From: Patescibacteria group bacterium
Lineage (GTDB): Bacteria > Patescibacteriota > Patescibacteriia > UBA11705 > DATKZF01
Reading direction: 5' to 3'
Assembly: GCA_049319825.1 (NCBI GenBank)
Contig: JBMORT010000006.1
Location: 16,012 to 80,011 of the forward strand
Length of the DNA: 64,000 bases
Made by a program: the position numbers and the translations under genes. The notes under the pieces were generated by a model. The model saw only the letters and a list, made by a program, of their open reading frames with translations, was not told where the DNA came from and made no database searches. Shown one piece after another: positions 36,920-47,343 of this stretch; positions within the stretch are counted from its first letter, which is position 1, and each line of letters begins with the position of its first letter.

Positions 36920-37738
36920 ATGATCATTCAGCAAGCGTTGTTTGAAGAGATGGCTGTCGATTTTTTGATGATGTTGATGCTTGGCGGGGAATTCGAGAAA
37001 ATGCGTCCCGAAGAAATCAATGATTTGCTTAACAGAATCAGAAAAGATATCGACCTGCAGCTGGCCGTGTGGATTTCGAGCGACAAACCCTGCGACAAAG
37101 CCACTGAACTGAGCTGTGACGCTTCAAAACAAGATTGCGTGGCCGGTCATTGTCCATTTAAAATTTTTGGTGAAGAATACGCGGCCGTTTTCTCCACGAA
37201 GCTTAATAGATTGATTCATCGGCTGCGAAAGAAATATTTGTTTGAGTGGAATCTGATTCGAAAAAAGTCGGATGAAACCAAGAATGATAATTGGACCAGC
37301 CAGGATTGGTGGTTTGATTTTTTCGAGGATCACAAAAAAGAATTGGCGGTCAAATTGGATCGAAAGGCGGTCACCGGCGTACTTTCGCAGTCTTTCTCTG
37401 TCTTTTCCGCCGATCAAGACCGATCGGTTTTTTGGCGGATAAAAACCAGAAAGCGCCGAGACGGCCAAGTGGTCTTTAATGTTTCGTTCACCAATGATTT
37501 TTTGCAAAAATGGCCGGCATCGATTCAGGATGAATTGCTGGCGCTGAGTTCTCCGATGCGCCCGGCCGTTGAAATTATTCCCCTGATCCGGCATTGTGCG
37601 CACTGGCTGGCAACTGAAATGAAAATTAGGGATCGAGCGATCAAAAAGCGGCTTCGGCAGAAAAAAAAGCGCGAAAAACGGGCTAGTCTGATGAAAAAAC
37701 TCAAGCCGCGTTCGGTCGCGCGCCGCCAGAGAAAATAA
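36920..37738 (+). CDS. hypothetical protein with a basic C-terminal tail (272 aa)
   Basis: GGAGGGGGGG RBS and a C-terminal KKRLRQKKKREKR stretch. Confidence 0.55.
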   Translation: MIIQQALFEEMAVDFLMMLMLGGEFEKMRPEEINDLLNRIRKDIDLQLAVWISSDKPCDKATELSCDASKQDCVAGHCPFKIFGEEYAAVFSTKLNRLIHRLRKKYLFEWNLIRKKSDETKNDNWTSQDWWFDFFEDHKKELAVKLDRKAVTGVLSQSFSVFSADQDRSVFWRIKTRKRRDGQVVFNVSFTNDFLQKWPASIQDELLALSSPMRPAVEIIPLIRHCAHWLATEMKIRDRAIKKRLRQKKKREKRASLMKKLKPRSVARRQRK

Positions 37739-37741
37739 TAA

Positions 37742-37767
37742 AATCCAATACATGATTGGATTTTTTT
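37742..37767. terminator. candidate bidirectional rho-independent terminator between convergent genes
   Basis: aatccaat-acatg-attggatt hairpin followed by a T7 run. Confidence 0.55.
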
Positions 37768-37810
37768 AATAAAATTTATTTTACCAGGTTCATTGCGCAA
37801 TTTAGAATAA

Positions 37811-39391
37811 TTATTCTATTTTTTCCCGTAACAAGCGGTGATATTTAATGGCAAACCGATGCGCCTCGTCCCTGATTTTTTGCAGCAGTTTAAGCGCCGG
37901 GTCGTTTTTAGGCCAGCGTCGAGGGCTATTTTCGTCTGGTAAATATACTTCTTCGTTTCTTTTGGCCAAAGCGATGATCGGGATTTTCAGCCCCAGATTT
38001 TCAAGCTCATCCAGCGCCGCCGATAGCTGAGCCGGTCCGCCGTCAATCAAAATTAAATCCGGTAATGACGATTTTTCTCTTTGCAGCCGATGGTATCGCC
38101 GGCCAACAATTTCCGCCATCATGGCGAAATCATCCTGGCCCGCGATCGTTTTGATTTTAAATCTGCGATAATTATTTTTATCCGGTTGGCCGCTGAAAAA
38201 ATTAACCATGGCGCCAACCGTAAATTTGGGACCGATATTGGAAATATCAAAGCATTCTATTCGATACGGAATTTTATCGAGATTGAGCTTGTCGCGGAGA
38301 TTGATCAGGGTCTTTTCATTTTCAGACAAGTTTTCCAGCAAATTGGTGTAAACCAAATTAAGCAATTCTTTTTTTGTGCCTTTTTCGGGGACAGTGATAA
38401 TAACTTTTGTCTTTCTGATTTTAGAAAGATATTCTGCCACCAATTTCTGATCTTCGATTTTGTTCGGAATAATTATTTCCTGAGGAATTTCTTCGTAGAA
38501 GTAATACTGTTTGATAAAAGTGCCCGGGCCGCCAATCATATTGGTAAAAGTGAATTGTTTGCGGCCGGAAATGACGCCTTTATTGATATTGAACAGCTGA
38601 ATCATTATTTGGTTGCCCCGTTCGATATAATTGATAATGTCCTGATTTATTTTTTTGGTAATTTCCACTTTTTGTTTTTCCCGAATCGCCCGCAGAGCGT
38701 CGATTTGATCTTTTATAATTTGCGCCCGTTCATATTCCCGCTTATCGGACAGAAAATTCATTTCCTTATTCAATTTTTCGATCAACGGCTTGGTTTTTCC
38801 CTTGAGCAGCATTTTTACATTTTGGACTTTTTTTTCATACTCTGTTTTTGAAATCAAGCCTTCGCACGGGCCGTCGCAGGTGCCGATGTGATATGACAGA
38901 CAAACTTTTTTCGGCAGCTTTTTGCAGGTGCGCAGCTGGAACAGGCGATTGGCGATAGACATCAGATTTCTTCTGACCGCAGCGTCTGTGTATGGCCCGA
39001 AATATTGTCCTTCTTTTGTTTTTAATCGCGTGGACACCAATCGGGGAAATTCGTCCTCAGTGATTTTAATATAAGCATAGCGCAGTGATTCTTTAAGATC
39101 GATGTTGAATTTTGGTTGATGCGTTCGAATGAGCTTGGCTTCGAGCAGCAGCGCTTCGACCTCGGTGTCGGTAATTATAAAATCAATATCAGCGATATTT
39201 TTAACTAAAAGCTTGGTTTTATAATCCAGCTGCTTTTTGGCAAAATAAGAGGCCACCCGTTTTCGAATATTTTTGGCTTTACCGATGTAAATAATATTTC
39301 CGGATTTATTTTTCATTAAATAGCAGCCTGGATTGGTTGGCAATTTTTTTGTTGGTGTTATGTTTGACATATTGATTGAATTGACATACAA
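37811..39391 (-). CDS. uvrC: excinuclease ABC subunit C
   Basis: GIY-YIG N-terminus (GCYLMKNKSGNIIYIGKAKNIRKRVASYF); 526 aa. Confidence 0.9.
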   Translation of the reverse strand: MYVNSINMSNITPTKKLPTNPGCYLMKNKSGNIIYIGKAKNIRKRVASYFAKKQLDYKTKLLVKNIADIDFIITDTEVEALLLEAKLIRTHQPKFNIDLKESLRYAYIKITEDEFPRLVSTRLKTKEGQYFGPYTDAAVRRNLMSIANRLFQLRTCKKLPKKVCLSYHIGTCDGPCEGLISKTEYEKKVQNVKMLLKGKTKPLIEKLNKEMNFLSDKREYERAQIIKDQIDALRAIREKQKVEITKKINQDIINYIERGNQIMIQLFNINKGVISGRKQFTFTNMIGGPGTFIKQYYFYEEIPQEIIIPNKIEDQKLVAEYLSKIRKTKVIITVPEKGTKKELLNLVYTNLLENLSENEKTLINLRDKLNLDKIPYRIECFDISNIGPKFTVGAMVNFFSGQPDKNNYRRFKIKTIAGQDDFAMMAEIVGRRYHRLQREKSSLPDLILIDGGPAQLSAALDELENLGLKIPIIALAKRNEEVYLPDENSPRRWPKNDPALKLLQKIRDEAHRFAIKYHRLLREKIE

Positions 39392-39422
39392 TAACGAAAC
39401 TCATTGATAAAGGGGGGAAGAG

Positions 39423-39911
39423 ATGGCGCAGAGAATTCTATTTTTCAAGGATATTGACGCCGACACGATCTCTGATTTAATCGCACAGATCGAATCGAGA
39501 GAATCGGATGACGTGGAAATGCTGCTGGACAGTTGCGGTGGGAGTGTGACTCCGGCGCTTTCCTTCCATTCATATGTCAGGCAATCGGGAATCAGATTGA
39601 ATATTTCAGTGATCGGTTGGTGTTATTCGGCAGCGTTGATGATGTTTTGCGCCGGATCTGTCCGGAGGGCCAGCAGAACGGCAAGCTTTCTTTTACATCC
39701 CGTTCGTAAGCTGTTCGAAGGCACATTCACCGCCGAGCAACTGCAAAAAGAAGTTGAGGAATTGAGACGGCTTGATATTATCATGCGTGAAATTTTCACC
39801 GACACAGTTAAAAGAAAGAGGGGAGAGATCACCAGCTATTTCAAACAAACGACGATTTTGGATGCAGTCACCGCATATCGCATGGGATTGCTTACCGAAA
39901 AACCATTTTGA
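39423..39911 (+). CDS. ClpP-like (S14-fold) serine peptidase, short form (162 aa)
   Basis: SCGGSVTPALSF..., GWCYSAALMMFCAG (Ser retained) and FLLHPV (His retained) align with the ClpP catalytic regions. The protein is N- and C-terminally truncated compared with canonical ClpP. Confidence 0.5.
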   Translation: MAQRILFFKDIDADTISDLIAQIESRESDDVEMLLDSCGGSVTPALSFHSYVRQSGIRLNISVIGWCYSAALMMFCAGSVRRASRTASFLLHPVRKLFEGTFTAEQLQKEVEELRRLDIIMREIFTDTVKRKRGEITSYFKQTTILDAVTAYRMGLLTEKPF

Positions 39912-40108
39912 TCCCAGTCAATGCCCGCTCTATCCCGGCGGGATTAATTGGACGTCCGGAGCTTGTCATATTTTTTCAGCGGTTGTATATTATTCTTCGG
40001 CGGGTGCGGCTTGGCTGGCACGCCCGATCGCGGCCCGTGCTAGGCCAAAGTCAAGCACGGGCCGCATTTTGAAAGACCACGGCCAATGCCTTTTACACAG
40101 ACCTAACT

Positions 40109-40142
40109 GTCATAGCAGTGGGTCTTTTTTTTAATTCGAATG
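40109..40142 (+). terminator. rho-independent terminator (agaccta...tgggtct plus a T8 run)
   Basis: It ends a roughly 230-nt GC-rich hairpin-rich region downstream of the clpP-like gene. Confidence 0.5.
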
Positions 40143-40304
40143 GCTTTATACTGGTCGGTCGCTACGGAGCTACTGATATTCTACGGATATTACTGATATT
40201 TATTCATGCCCGCAATTTATAATCCGGATACGGGATTCAGAATCCAGGATTTAGGATTTCGAGCTTCGACACCGCAGCCGCAAACTTTGGAATTGTTTCA
40301 TGTT

Positions 40305-43142
40305 TTATGAGCCAGGATGCAAAATTTTATTCAAATATTTTCCCGTATAACTCTTGGCGTGCCGCGCAATTTTTTCCGGCGTGCCCTTGGCGATTACCAG
40401 GCCGCCGCGCTCGCCGCCTTCCGGACCGAGATCGATGATGTAATCCGCGGTTTTAATAACATCGAGATTGTGTTCGATGACGACCACGGTATTGCCCTTC
40501 TCCACCAGTCGATTTAAAACTGCCAGTAATTTATTGATATCGTCAAAATGCAGGCCGGTGGTCGGCTCGTCTAAGATATAAAGAGTGTCTCCCGTGGCTC
40601 GCTTGGACAATTCTTTGGTTAATTTAATCCTCTGCGCTTCGCCGCCGGATAAAGTGGTCGCGCTCTGACCCAAAGTAATATAGCCCAAGCCGACATCCTG
40701 CAAAGTCTGCAGCTTGTTTTTTATGCGGGGGATGTGTTTGAAAAATTCCAAGGCCTGATTGACGGTCATGGCCAGCACGTCGGCGATGTTTTTGCCTTTA
40801 TAAAATATTTCCAGCGTTTCGGAATTGAACCTGGTGCCGCGGCATTTTTCGCATTCGACGAAGACGTCGGGCAGAAAATGCATTTCGATTTTAATCAGGC
40901 CGCCGCCTTCGCAGTTTTCGCACCGGCCGCCGGGTACGTTAAAGCTGAATCGGCCCGGTCGGTAGCCGCGCGCTTTGGCTTCGGGCGTGGCCGCGAAAAG
41001 ATCGCGAATGGCATTGTAAACTTCAATATAGGTTGCCGGGTTTGAGCGCGGGGTGCGGCCGATCGGCGACTGATCGATATTGACGACTTTATTGATGTTT
41101 TCCAGGCCGGTTATTTTTTTGTGCCTGCCCGCCTTTGCCGCTGCCCGGTAGAATTTTTGCGCCAGGGCGCGATACAGGGTCTGATCAATGAGTGAGCTTT
41201 TGCCGCTGCCCGACACGCCGGTGACGCAAACAAGAATTCCGGTCGGAATATCAACATCGATATTTTTTAAGTTATTTTCACTGGCCCCTTCAATGGTCAA
41301 AAAACCCGTCGGCACCCGTCTTTCGGTCGGTACTGGTATTTTCTTTTTCCCATTAAGATAATCGGCGGTCAAGCTGTCCGGGCATTTTAACAATTCTTTA
41401 AATGTGCCGCTGCAGACCACTTTGCCGCCGAGCACGCCGGCGCCCGGTCCGAGATCGACCACCCAATCGGCGTGGCGCATGGTTTCTTCATCGTGTTCGA
41501 CCACGATTAATGTATTGCCCACGTCGCGCAGGTCGCGCAGAGTTTTTATCAGTTTTTGATTGTCACGCTGGTGCAGTCCGATCGAAGGTTCGTCCAAAAT
41601 GTACATAACGCCGCGCAGCTCTGAGCCGATTTGGGTGGCCAGCCTGATTCGCTGGCCTTCGCCGCCGGATAGCGTGGCGGCGCTGCGGTCCAATGTCAAA
41701 TAATCAAGCCCGACATTGACTAAAAATTGCAGCCGATTTTTTATCTCCTTTAATATCGGCTGGGCGATGCTTTCTTTTGATTTTGATAATTTCAATTTTT
41801 GAACCAAGGTAATTGAATCGGAAATCGATTGAGCGGAAAATTCAATGATATTTTTGCCCTCGATCGTGACCGCCAAGCTTTCCGGCCGCAATCTTTTGCC
41901 GCCGCAGACCGGGCAATCGCCGGCTCGCATGTATTTCATTATTTCCTCGCGCCGGCTTTCAGATTCGGTTTCCTGCAGGTTGCGTTCGAGTTGATTAATG
42001 ACGCCTTCGAATCGTCCGGTGTATTCATACATCGCGTCAGACGATTTTGATTGATAGGAAAAATCAATGTCTTCGTCTGTTCCGTTGAGCAAAATATCGA
42101 TAAACCATTTCGGCAGTTGTTTAACCGGTTTTTTAGTGCTCAAACCAAAGTGCTTAACCACGCTTTTTAAGCTTTGGGCGCGCCAGCCTTCATAAGTCGA
42201 TCGCCATGGCGCGATGGCGCCTTCATCGATAGACAAATCTTTATTGGGAATAATCAAATCCGGGTCAAAGCTTTGCGATGCGCCCAGGCCATGGCATTCG
42301 GGACAAGCGCCGAAAGGCGAGTTAAACGAAAACATCCGCGGCTGAAGCTCCTCGAAGCTGATGCCGCAGTCTGTGCAGGCGTTTTTTTGCGAAAATATTT
42401 TTTCAGTTTTGTCCGGCATGATAACTAAAATAGAGCCGTCGCTTTCCTCAGAGGCTTTTTCCGCCGCATCGTATATTCTGGTTTTCGCCTCGGGCTTGAT
42501 GACTATTCGATCGATTATCAGTTCAACGCTGTGATTTTGATATTTTTTCAGCTTGATCTTGTTTTTATCGGCCAGCTCATATTCTCGGCCGTCCACCCGG
42601 ACGCGGGCATAGCCTTTTTTAAAAAGTTTATCGAAAAGCTTTTCAAAGGTTCCTTTTTGGCCGCGAATGATCGGCGACAAAATTTGGATTTTGCTGTTTG
42701 GCTTAAGCGCGAGCAGCTGATTGGTGATATCTTCGATCGACTGGGAGGAAATGAGATTACCGCATTTGGGGCAGTGAGGCACGCCGATTCGGGCGTAAAG
42801 CAAGCGAAGATAATCATATATTTCAGTGATCGTGCCCACTGTGGACCGCGGATTTTTGGAAACGGTTTTTTGTTCGATGGAAATGGCCGGTGACAGGCCT
42901 TTGATCGAGTCGACGTCCGGCTTGGACATCACGCCTAAAAACTGCCGGGCATAAGCTGACAGGCTTTCGACATAGCGTCTTTGGCCTTCGGCATAGATGG
43001 TGTCAAAGGCGAGAGATGATTTGCCCGAGCCGGATAGGCCGGTGATGACAATGAATTTATCCAATGGCAAATCAAGGTCAATGTTTTTGAGGTTATGTTC
43101 GCGCGCGCCGCGGATGATTAATTTGTCTGGATTGTTATTCAT
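40305..43142 (-). CDS. uvrA: excinuclease ABC subunit A
   Basis: Starts [54 protein letters not shown]; 945 aa with two ABC modules. Confidence 0.95.
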   Translation of the reverse strand: MNNNPDKLIIRGAREHNLKNIDLDLPLDKFIVITGLSGSGKSSLAFDTIYAEGQRRYVESLSAYARQFLGVMSKPDVDSIKGLSPAISIEQKTVSKNPRSTVGTITEIYDYLRLLYARIGVPHCPKCGNLISSQSIEDITNQLLALKPNSKIQILSPIIRGQKGTFEKLFDKLFKKGYARVRVDGREYELADKNKIKLKKYQNHSVELIIDRIVIKPEAKTRIYDAAEKASEESDGSILVIMPDKTEKIFSQKNACTDCGISFEELQPRMFSFNSPFGACPECHGLGASQSFDPDLIIPNKDLSIDEGAIAPWRSTYEGWRAQSLKSVVKHFGLSTKKPVKQLPKWFIDILLNGTDEDIDFSYQSKSSDAMYEYTGRFEGVINQLERNLQETESESRREEIMKYMRAGDCPVCGGKRLRPESLAVTIEGKNIIEFSAQSISDSITLVQKLKLSKSKESIAQPILKEIKNRLQFLVNVGLDYLTLDRSAATLSGGEGQRIRLATQIGSELRGVMYILDEPSIGLHQRDNQKLIKTLRDLRDVGNTLIVVEHDEETMRHADWVVDLGPGAGVLGGKVVCSGTFKELLKCPDSLTADYLNGKKKIPVPTERRVPTGFLTIEGASENNLKNIDVDIPTGILVCVTGVSGSGKSSLIDQTLYRALAQKFYRAAAKAGRHKKITGLENINKVVNIDQSPIGRTPRSNPATYIEVYNAIRDLFAATPEAKARGYRPGRFSFNVPGGRCENCEGGGLIKIEMHFLPDVFVECEKCRGTRFNSETLEIFYKGKNIADVLAMTVNQALEFFKHIPRIKNKLQTLQDVGLGYITLGQSATTLSGGEAQRIKLTKELSKRATGDTLYILDEPTTGLHFDDINKLLAVLNRLVEKGNTVVVIEHNLDVIKTADYIIDLGPEGGERGGLVIAKGTPEKIARHAKSYTGKYLNKILHPGS

Positions 43143-43162
43143 AGATGTTATAATGATGATAT

Positions 43163-43963
43163 ATGAAAAATTTTAAGCCTTTTCCAAAAAGATATTATAC
43201 CGAATACGGAATTTATTTCAATACGGCCAATGTTGACGGCAGGTTTCCTTTTTTTAAGGAAGAAATTTTTTGCGAATTAATGATTGAGGAGTTGAAATTG
43301 GTTAAAGAAATATATCAATGCAAAATATTCGGTTTTCTGATCAATTATGACCATAATCATTTTTTGATCCAGCATGCGGATGTGGGGGAGAGGAATATAT
43401 CTAAAGTAATGAAGAGTTTGAAGAGGAATTTTTCGCAGAATTCAAATAAAATTATGGGATTTACGCCTTTGTTACCCATCGGAGAAACGACTCATACCTT
43501 TCAGGTAAAAATGAATACCCCACCGATAACGTCAGACGTCCCACTGGTAACGCCGAATTCGAATTCGGCGTTACCAGTGGGGGAACCGGCGGATTCGAAT
43601 TCGGCGTTACCAGTGGGGGAACCGGCGGATGGCCAGGAGGAGCGATCGGCGGGGAATCAAGAGAGAAGCTGCTCTCCATTACCGGATTGATTGCGAAAAA
43701 GAAAAAAAGAGCTGGATACTTTTATTCTTAATAAACGCCAGGAATTCATCAATAAATACGGCAAAGACCAAATCATCTTTCCCAAATTCAAATGGCAACA
43801 CCGCTTTCACGACCACCGCGTCCGCGATGAAAACGATTTGGCGGATAAAATGGAATACATTGATATTAATCCTAGCAAGCATGGAATTGTTAAACCAGGC
43901 GAAAGGTACAAATATTGCTCAACGCATTATAAATATGATTTTATTGACGAATTGCCTTTTTAG
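43163..43963 (+). pseudogene. IS200/RAYT-like HUH tyrosine transposase reading frame, interrupted by an in-frame TGA (43688-43690) and a roughly 300-bp in-frame insertion
   Basis: N-part INYDHNHFLIQH...SKVMKSLKRNFS (HuH motif). C-part FKWQHRFHDHRVRDENDLADKMEYIDINPSKHGIVKPGERYKYCS (catalytic Tyr region). Both parts are in the same frame. Standard TGA stops are used elsewhere in the window. Confidence 0.55.
43541..43630. repeat. perfect 40-bp palindrome (ccactggtaacgccgaattc|gaattcggcgttaccagtgg) plus a 36-bp tandem duplication, inside the transposase frame
   Basis: The palindrome spans 43541-43580. The unit gaattcggcgttaccagtgggggaaccggcggat(tc) is duplicated at 43561-43630 and encodes NSALPVGEPAD twice. 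Confidence 0.85.
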
Positions 43964-44031
43964 AAATATGTCAGTTTATTAAATTATATCACATTTTTAA
44001 AGTAAAAACCGCTCAACGTGGTTGGCGGATA

Positions 44032-45027
44032 TTAATAATTAGTTTGAAGCGTAAAAGAAAATCCTAATTTGTTTTCTTCACAGTCGGCAATGAAATTTTC
44101 AAGTCTTTCATGTTTGAGGTTAATATAAACAGCCCTATACCTGTGACAGCAGCTTGGGCTGGCTATCGGACCATTAAAACCCTTGGATGTACTGCTTTCA
44201 GGGTAAAATCCAAATGCAAATTGTGGACAAAATACTCCGTCCCACAGAATCCTGGGCAATCTGAAAAACCAGATTGAAACATTTTTTTGCTGATCGCGCG
44301 GAATTTGCCTTAGTATTTCATCAGGTTCTGCTTGAAGCAGCGTGCCGAAATTAAAGTCTAGGCCCACACTTCGCTGGTAATAATCTTCTGCGCTGACAAA
44401 ACCATATTTTGAAAAGTTCTCCCAATTCAACGAAATAGTTCTATCAAGAACCGTATTTTCGAAGACCACACTTTTCCTAATAATTTTTTCTGTCAGCCGG
44501 GTTTTTTTGTACAGTTCAACCAGCTTCCTGATACGCATTTCCAAATCCATCTCCAAAAATTCATAATCACCGGGGAAAAATTCCTTCAAATCCTCAGCGC
44601 TGATTGCTGAGCGTAAGAATTTGATCATTGCCAAAGCGCGCGGGAAGTCATGGATCATCAGAGTGAAAGGCAAGCTTTGATCCAGCGGGACTGTCTCGCC
44701 ATTGAAAAAGAAAGTAGGCTCAGTCAGAGCCCTTTGCAATTCGGTATATGCCGACCAATATCCTTTCTTTCGAAGTTTTGCAAGCAAATTTCCCATTACC
44801 AGCAGATCAGTCGATCGCTGCTGCCACTGGGAATTGAAATTTGTCGGAGAATTGGCATCAGTAACCATTTTGAAAAAAGATGCTGGATCCAGCAGCTCCT
44901 TTAATTTTCCTCTCAGACGATGAAAGGCTCGGTTACCGGTCAGTTTTTGTCTGAGGAAAGCGGCTTGCTCTCCCTGGCTTTGCACACTGGCTTCGGGCAC
45001 TTGGTCGGTCATGTTAGACCTCCTCAT
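44032..45027 (-). CDS. hypothetical protein (331 aa)
   Basis: Clean ORF with no recognised motif. It lies with the transposase remnant between uvrA and uvrB. Confidence 0.55.
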   Translation of the reverse strand: MRRSNMTDQVPEASVQSQGEQAAFLRQKLTGNRAFHRLRGKLKELLDPASFFKMVTDANSPTNFNSQWQQRSTDLLVMGNLLAKLRKKGYWSAYTELQRALTEPTFFFNGETVPLDQSLPFTLMIHDFPRALAMIKFLRSAISAEDLKEFFPGDYEFLEMDLEMRIRKLVELYKKTRLTEKIIRKSVVFENTVLDRTISLNWENFSKYGFVSAEDYYQRSVGLDFNFGTLLQAEPDEILRQIPRDQQKNVSIWFFRLPRILWDGVFCPQFAFGFYPESSTSKGFNGPIASPSCCHRYRAVYINLKHERLENFIADCEENKLGFSFTLQTNY

Positions 45028-45163
45028 CCGAAGACGCTCCCTTGCGGGATGCGCGATGCGACTTTCAGATCAGACTGCCTGACCTGAGAGCTGCCTCTTG
45101 CGAGGCGATTCGCTTTGTTAAGGTGCGTCGGATTATATTATCAGTGTTTGATTTGTTTGTCAA

Positions 45164-47107
45164 TTACATGATTTTTTTACTTAATTTATCAATTTTATCT
45201 CGATACTCTATTGCTTTCTCAAAATCCAGATTCTCAGCGGCCAGACGCATCTTCTGCTCGAGCTCGACCAATTTATTTTTCATATCTTCTTCTTCCATTA
45301 AATCAACTTCGGCTTCCTCTTGTTCAGTAACGATTTCTTCATTTAATGATTTGAAAACGGTTTGGGGTTTGATTTTATGCTTTTGATTATATTCGAACTG
45401 GATCTGCCGCCGTCTTTCAGTCTCGTCGATCGCTTCTTTTATGCTGTCGGTTCGCCGGTCGGCAAACATGATCACTTTGGAATTGACATTTCTTGACGCC
45501 CGGCCGATCGTTTGAATTAAGCTTCTGGCATTTCTTAAAAATCCTTCTGAATCCGCATCCATTATGGCCACCAGGCTGACTTCGGGAATATCGAGGCCTT
45601 CGCGCAGCAGATTAATGCCCACTAAAACATCATATTTTCTTTTTCTTAAATCCAAAATAATTTTCGATCGCTTAAAAGTATCGATTTCGCTGTGCAGATA
45701 AACGGTTTTATACCCGCGCTCTTTCAGATACTTGGCCAGATTTTCAGACATTCTCTTGGTTAGCGTGGTGATTAAAACTCTTTCTCCTCTCCGAATGACC
45801 TTATCGATTTCTTTTTTCAAAACATCGATTTGATTTTCAGTCGGATGGATTTCAATATTAGGATCGAGCAGGCCGGTGGGCCTGATGATTTGCTCGACGA
45901 CTTTTTTGCCGTTTAAAAATTCATAATCGCCTGGAGTGGCAGACACGAATACCGCGTGCTTTAAATATTTTTCAAATTCATCGAAGCTCAGCGGCCGGTT
46001 ATCATAGGCGCTTTGCATCCGGAAGCCATGCTCGATCAGATTTTTTTTCCTTGACCGGTCGCCCGCGCGCATGGCGCGAACTTGTGGCAGTGAAAGATGG
46101 CTTTCGTCAATGAAAAAGAGCCAGTCGTCTTTATGCGCGTAATTGAAAAAGTCGAGCAGGCAAAAAGGCGGCTCGCCTGATTGGCGGTTATCAAAATATA
46201 AAGAATAATTTTCAATGCCATTGCAGTAGCCGAGCTCGCGGATCATTTCCAAATCATACTCGGTTCTTTGCTTGAGGCGATGGGCTTCGATCGGCCCGAG
46301 GCTTGGCAATGTCTGCCGCAGTTCTTTTTCAATGCCTTTGAGCGCTTCTTTCATGTAGTCTTCATAAATCAAGTATGGCGTGGCCGGGAAAATGGAAATT
46401 TTTTCAAACTCTTTGAGCTTCTTTCCGGAAATCGGATTATATAATGACAATTTTTCGATCTCATCGCCCGAAAATTCAATGCGGTACACATTTTCCGACA
46501 GGCCTTGCATCACATCCATGACGTCCCCCTTGATTCGGAATCGGCCGTTCTTGAGCTCGGTGTCATTTCTTTCAAATTGAATTTTTACCAGCAGCTTGGC
46601 CGCTTCTGGCGGAGAAATTTTTTGTTTCAATTTTAATTCCAAAGCGCTCTGCGCGAAAAGCTCCGGCCGGCCGAAGCCATAGATGCAAGAAACCGAAGCG
46701 ACCACGATCACATCTTTTCTGGTGAGGACCGATGCGGCCGCCTGCAGGCGCAGCTGGTCGATTCGTTCATTGACCTTGGAATCTTTTTCAATATAGGTAT
46801 CGGTTTGAGGGATATAGCTTTCCGGCTGATAGTAGTCATAGTAGGAGACGAAGTAATTGACTGAATTTTCAGGAAAGAATGATTGAAATTCATTGTAAAG
46901 CTGTGCGGCCAGAGTCTTATTCGGCGCCAATACCAAAGTCGGCTTTTGCAGATTTTGGATCACCTGAGCCATGGTAAAAGTTTTGCCGGAGCCGGTGACC
47001 CCGAGCAAAGTCTGGTTGGGATATTTTTTATAGCCCTTGACCAGCTTTTCAATGGCCTGCGGCTGGTCGCCTTTGGGCTGAAATTTTGATTTTATTTGAA
47101 AATCCAT
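45164..47107 (-). CDS. uvrB: excinuclease ABC subunit B
   Basis: Starts QPKGDQPQAIEKLVKGYKKYPNQTLLGVTGSGKTF, with the C-terminal UVR motif; 647 aa. Confidence 0.95.
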   Translation of the reverse strand: MDFQIKSKFQPKGDQPQAIEKLVKGYKKYPNQTLLGVTGSGKTFTMAQVIQNLQKPTLVLAPNKTLAAQLYNEFQSFFPENSVNYFVSYYDYYQPESYIPQTDTYIEKDSKVNERIDQLRLQAAASVLTRKDVIVVASVSCIYGFGRPELFAQSALELKLKQKISPPEAAKLLVKIQFERNDTELKNGRFRIKGDVMDVMQGLSENVYRIEFSGDEIEKLSLYNPISGKKLKEFEKISIFPATPYLIYEDYMKEALKGIEKELRQTLPSLGPIEAHRLKQRTEYDLEMIRELGYCNGIENYSLYFDNRQSGEPPFCLLDFFNYAHKDDWLFFIDESHLSLPQVRAMRAGDRSRKKNLIEHGFRMQSAYDNRPLSFDEFEKYLKHAVFVSATPGDYEFLNGKKVVEQIIRPTGLLDPNIEIHPTENQIDVLKKEIDKVIRRGERVLITTLTKRMSENLAKYLKERGYKTVYLHSEIDTFKRSKIILDLRKRKYDVLVGINLLREGLDIPEVSLVAIMDADSEGFLRNARSLIQTIGRASRNVNSKVIMFADRRTDSIKEAIDETERRRQIQFEYNQKHKIKPQTVFKSLNEEIVTEQEEAEVDLMEEEDMKNKLVELEQKMRLAAENLDFEKAIEYRDKIDKLSKKIM

Positions 47108-47164
47108 ATCATTTGCCCTTTATTGTATCAAAAAAAGCGTTATCATTCAATTATTGGCAATGAT

Positions 47165-47193
47165 TTGCTGGGAAAATCATAAAATGCTATAAT
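47165..47193 (+). promoter_or_regulatory. sigma70-like promoter (TTGCTG, 17 nt spacer, TATAAT)
   Basis: The -35 element is at 47165-47170 and the -10 at 47188-47193. It faces away from uvrB and would transcribe the structured leader. Confidence 0.45.
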
Positions 47194-47261
47194 AAAGTAG
47201 CTTCACCGATAGACTGGTATAAATTTCGGGACAACTTTATTTCTAGGGAGGCTCATATCGC

Positions 47262-47343
47262 CCTGCTCCGTGGAGTAGTGGCTGCGGCCACCCACCTGGC
47301 GTAGAGCCGGAATTTCGCCAGTTGAAGGTGGAGTTTTGTTTGG
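47262..47343 (+). promoter_or_regulatory. GC-rich structured leader: hairpin gtggc-tgcg-gccac, then a long hairpin (ctggcg...cgccag / ccacc...ggtgg) followed by a U-rich tract. Candidate attenuator or riboswitch expression platform
   Basis: Terminator-like structure about 35 nt upstream of the ATG at 47378, in an otherwise AT-rich leader. Confidence 0.35.

Noticed and set aside
39772-40134. 120-aa plus-strand ORF
   Set aside because: It overlaps the clpP-like 3' end and a hairpin-rich GC region, with no RBS. More likely a structured RNA region.
43688-43690. UGA-to-Gly recoding (code 25) as the explanation for the in-frame TGA in the transposase frame
   Set aside because: TGA is a functional stop elsewhere. 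Paralogue A ends ...ANF-TGA where paralogue B ends ...ANF-TAA, and the comEC stop is the TGA of the ATGA overlap. Long ORFs are intact under the standard code.
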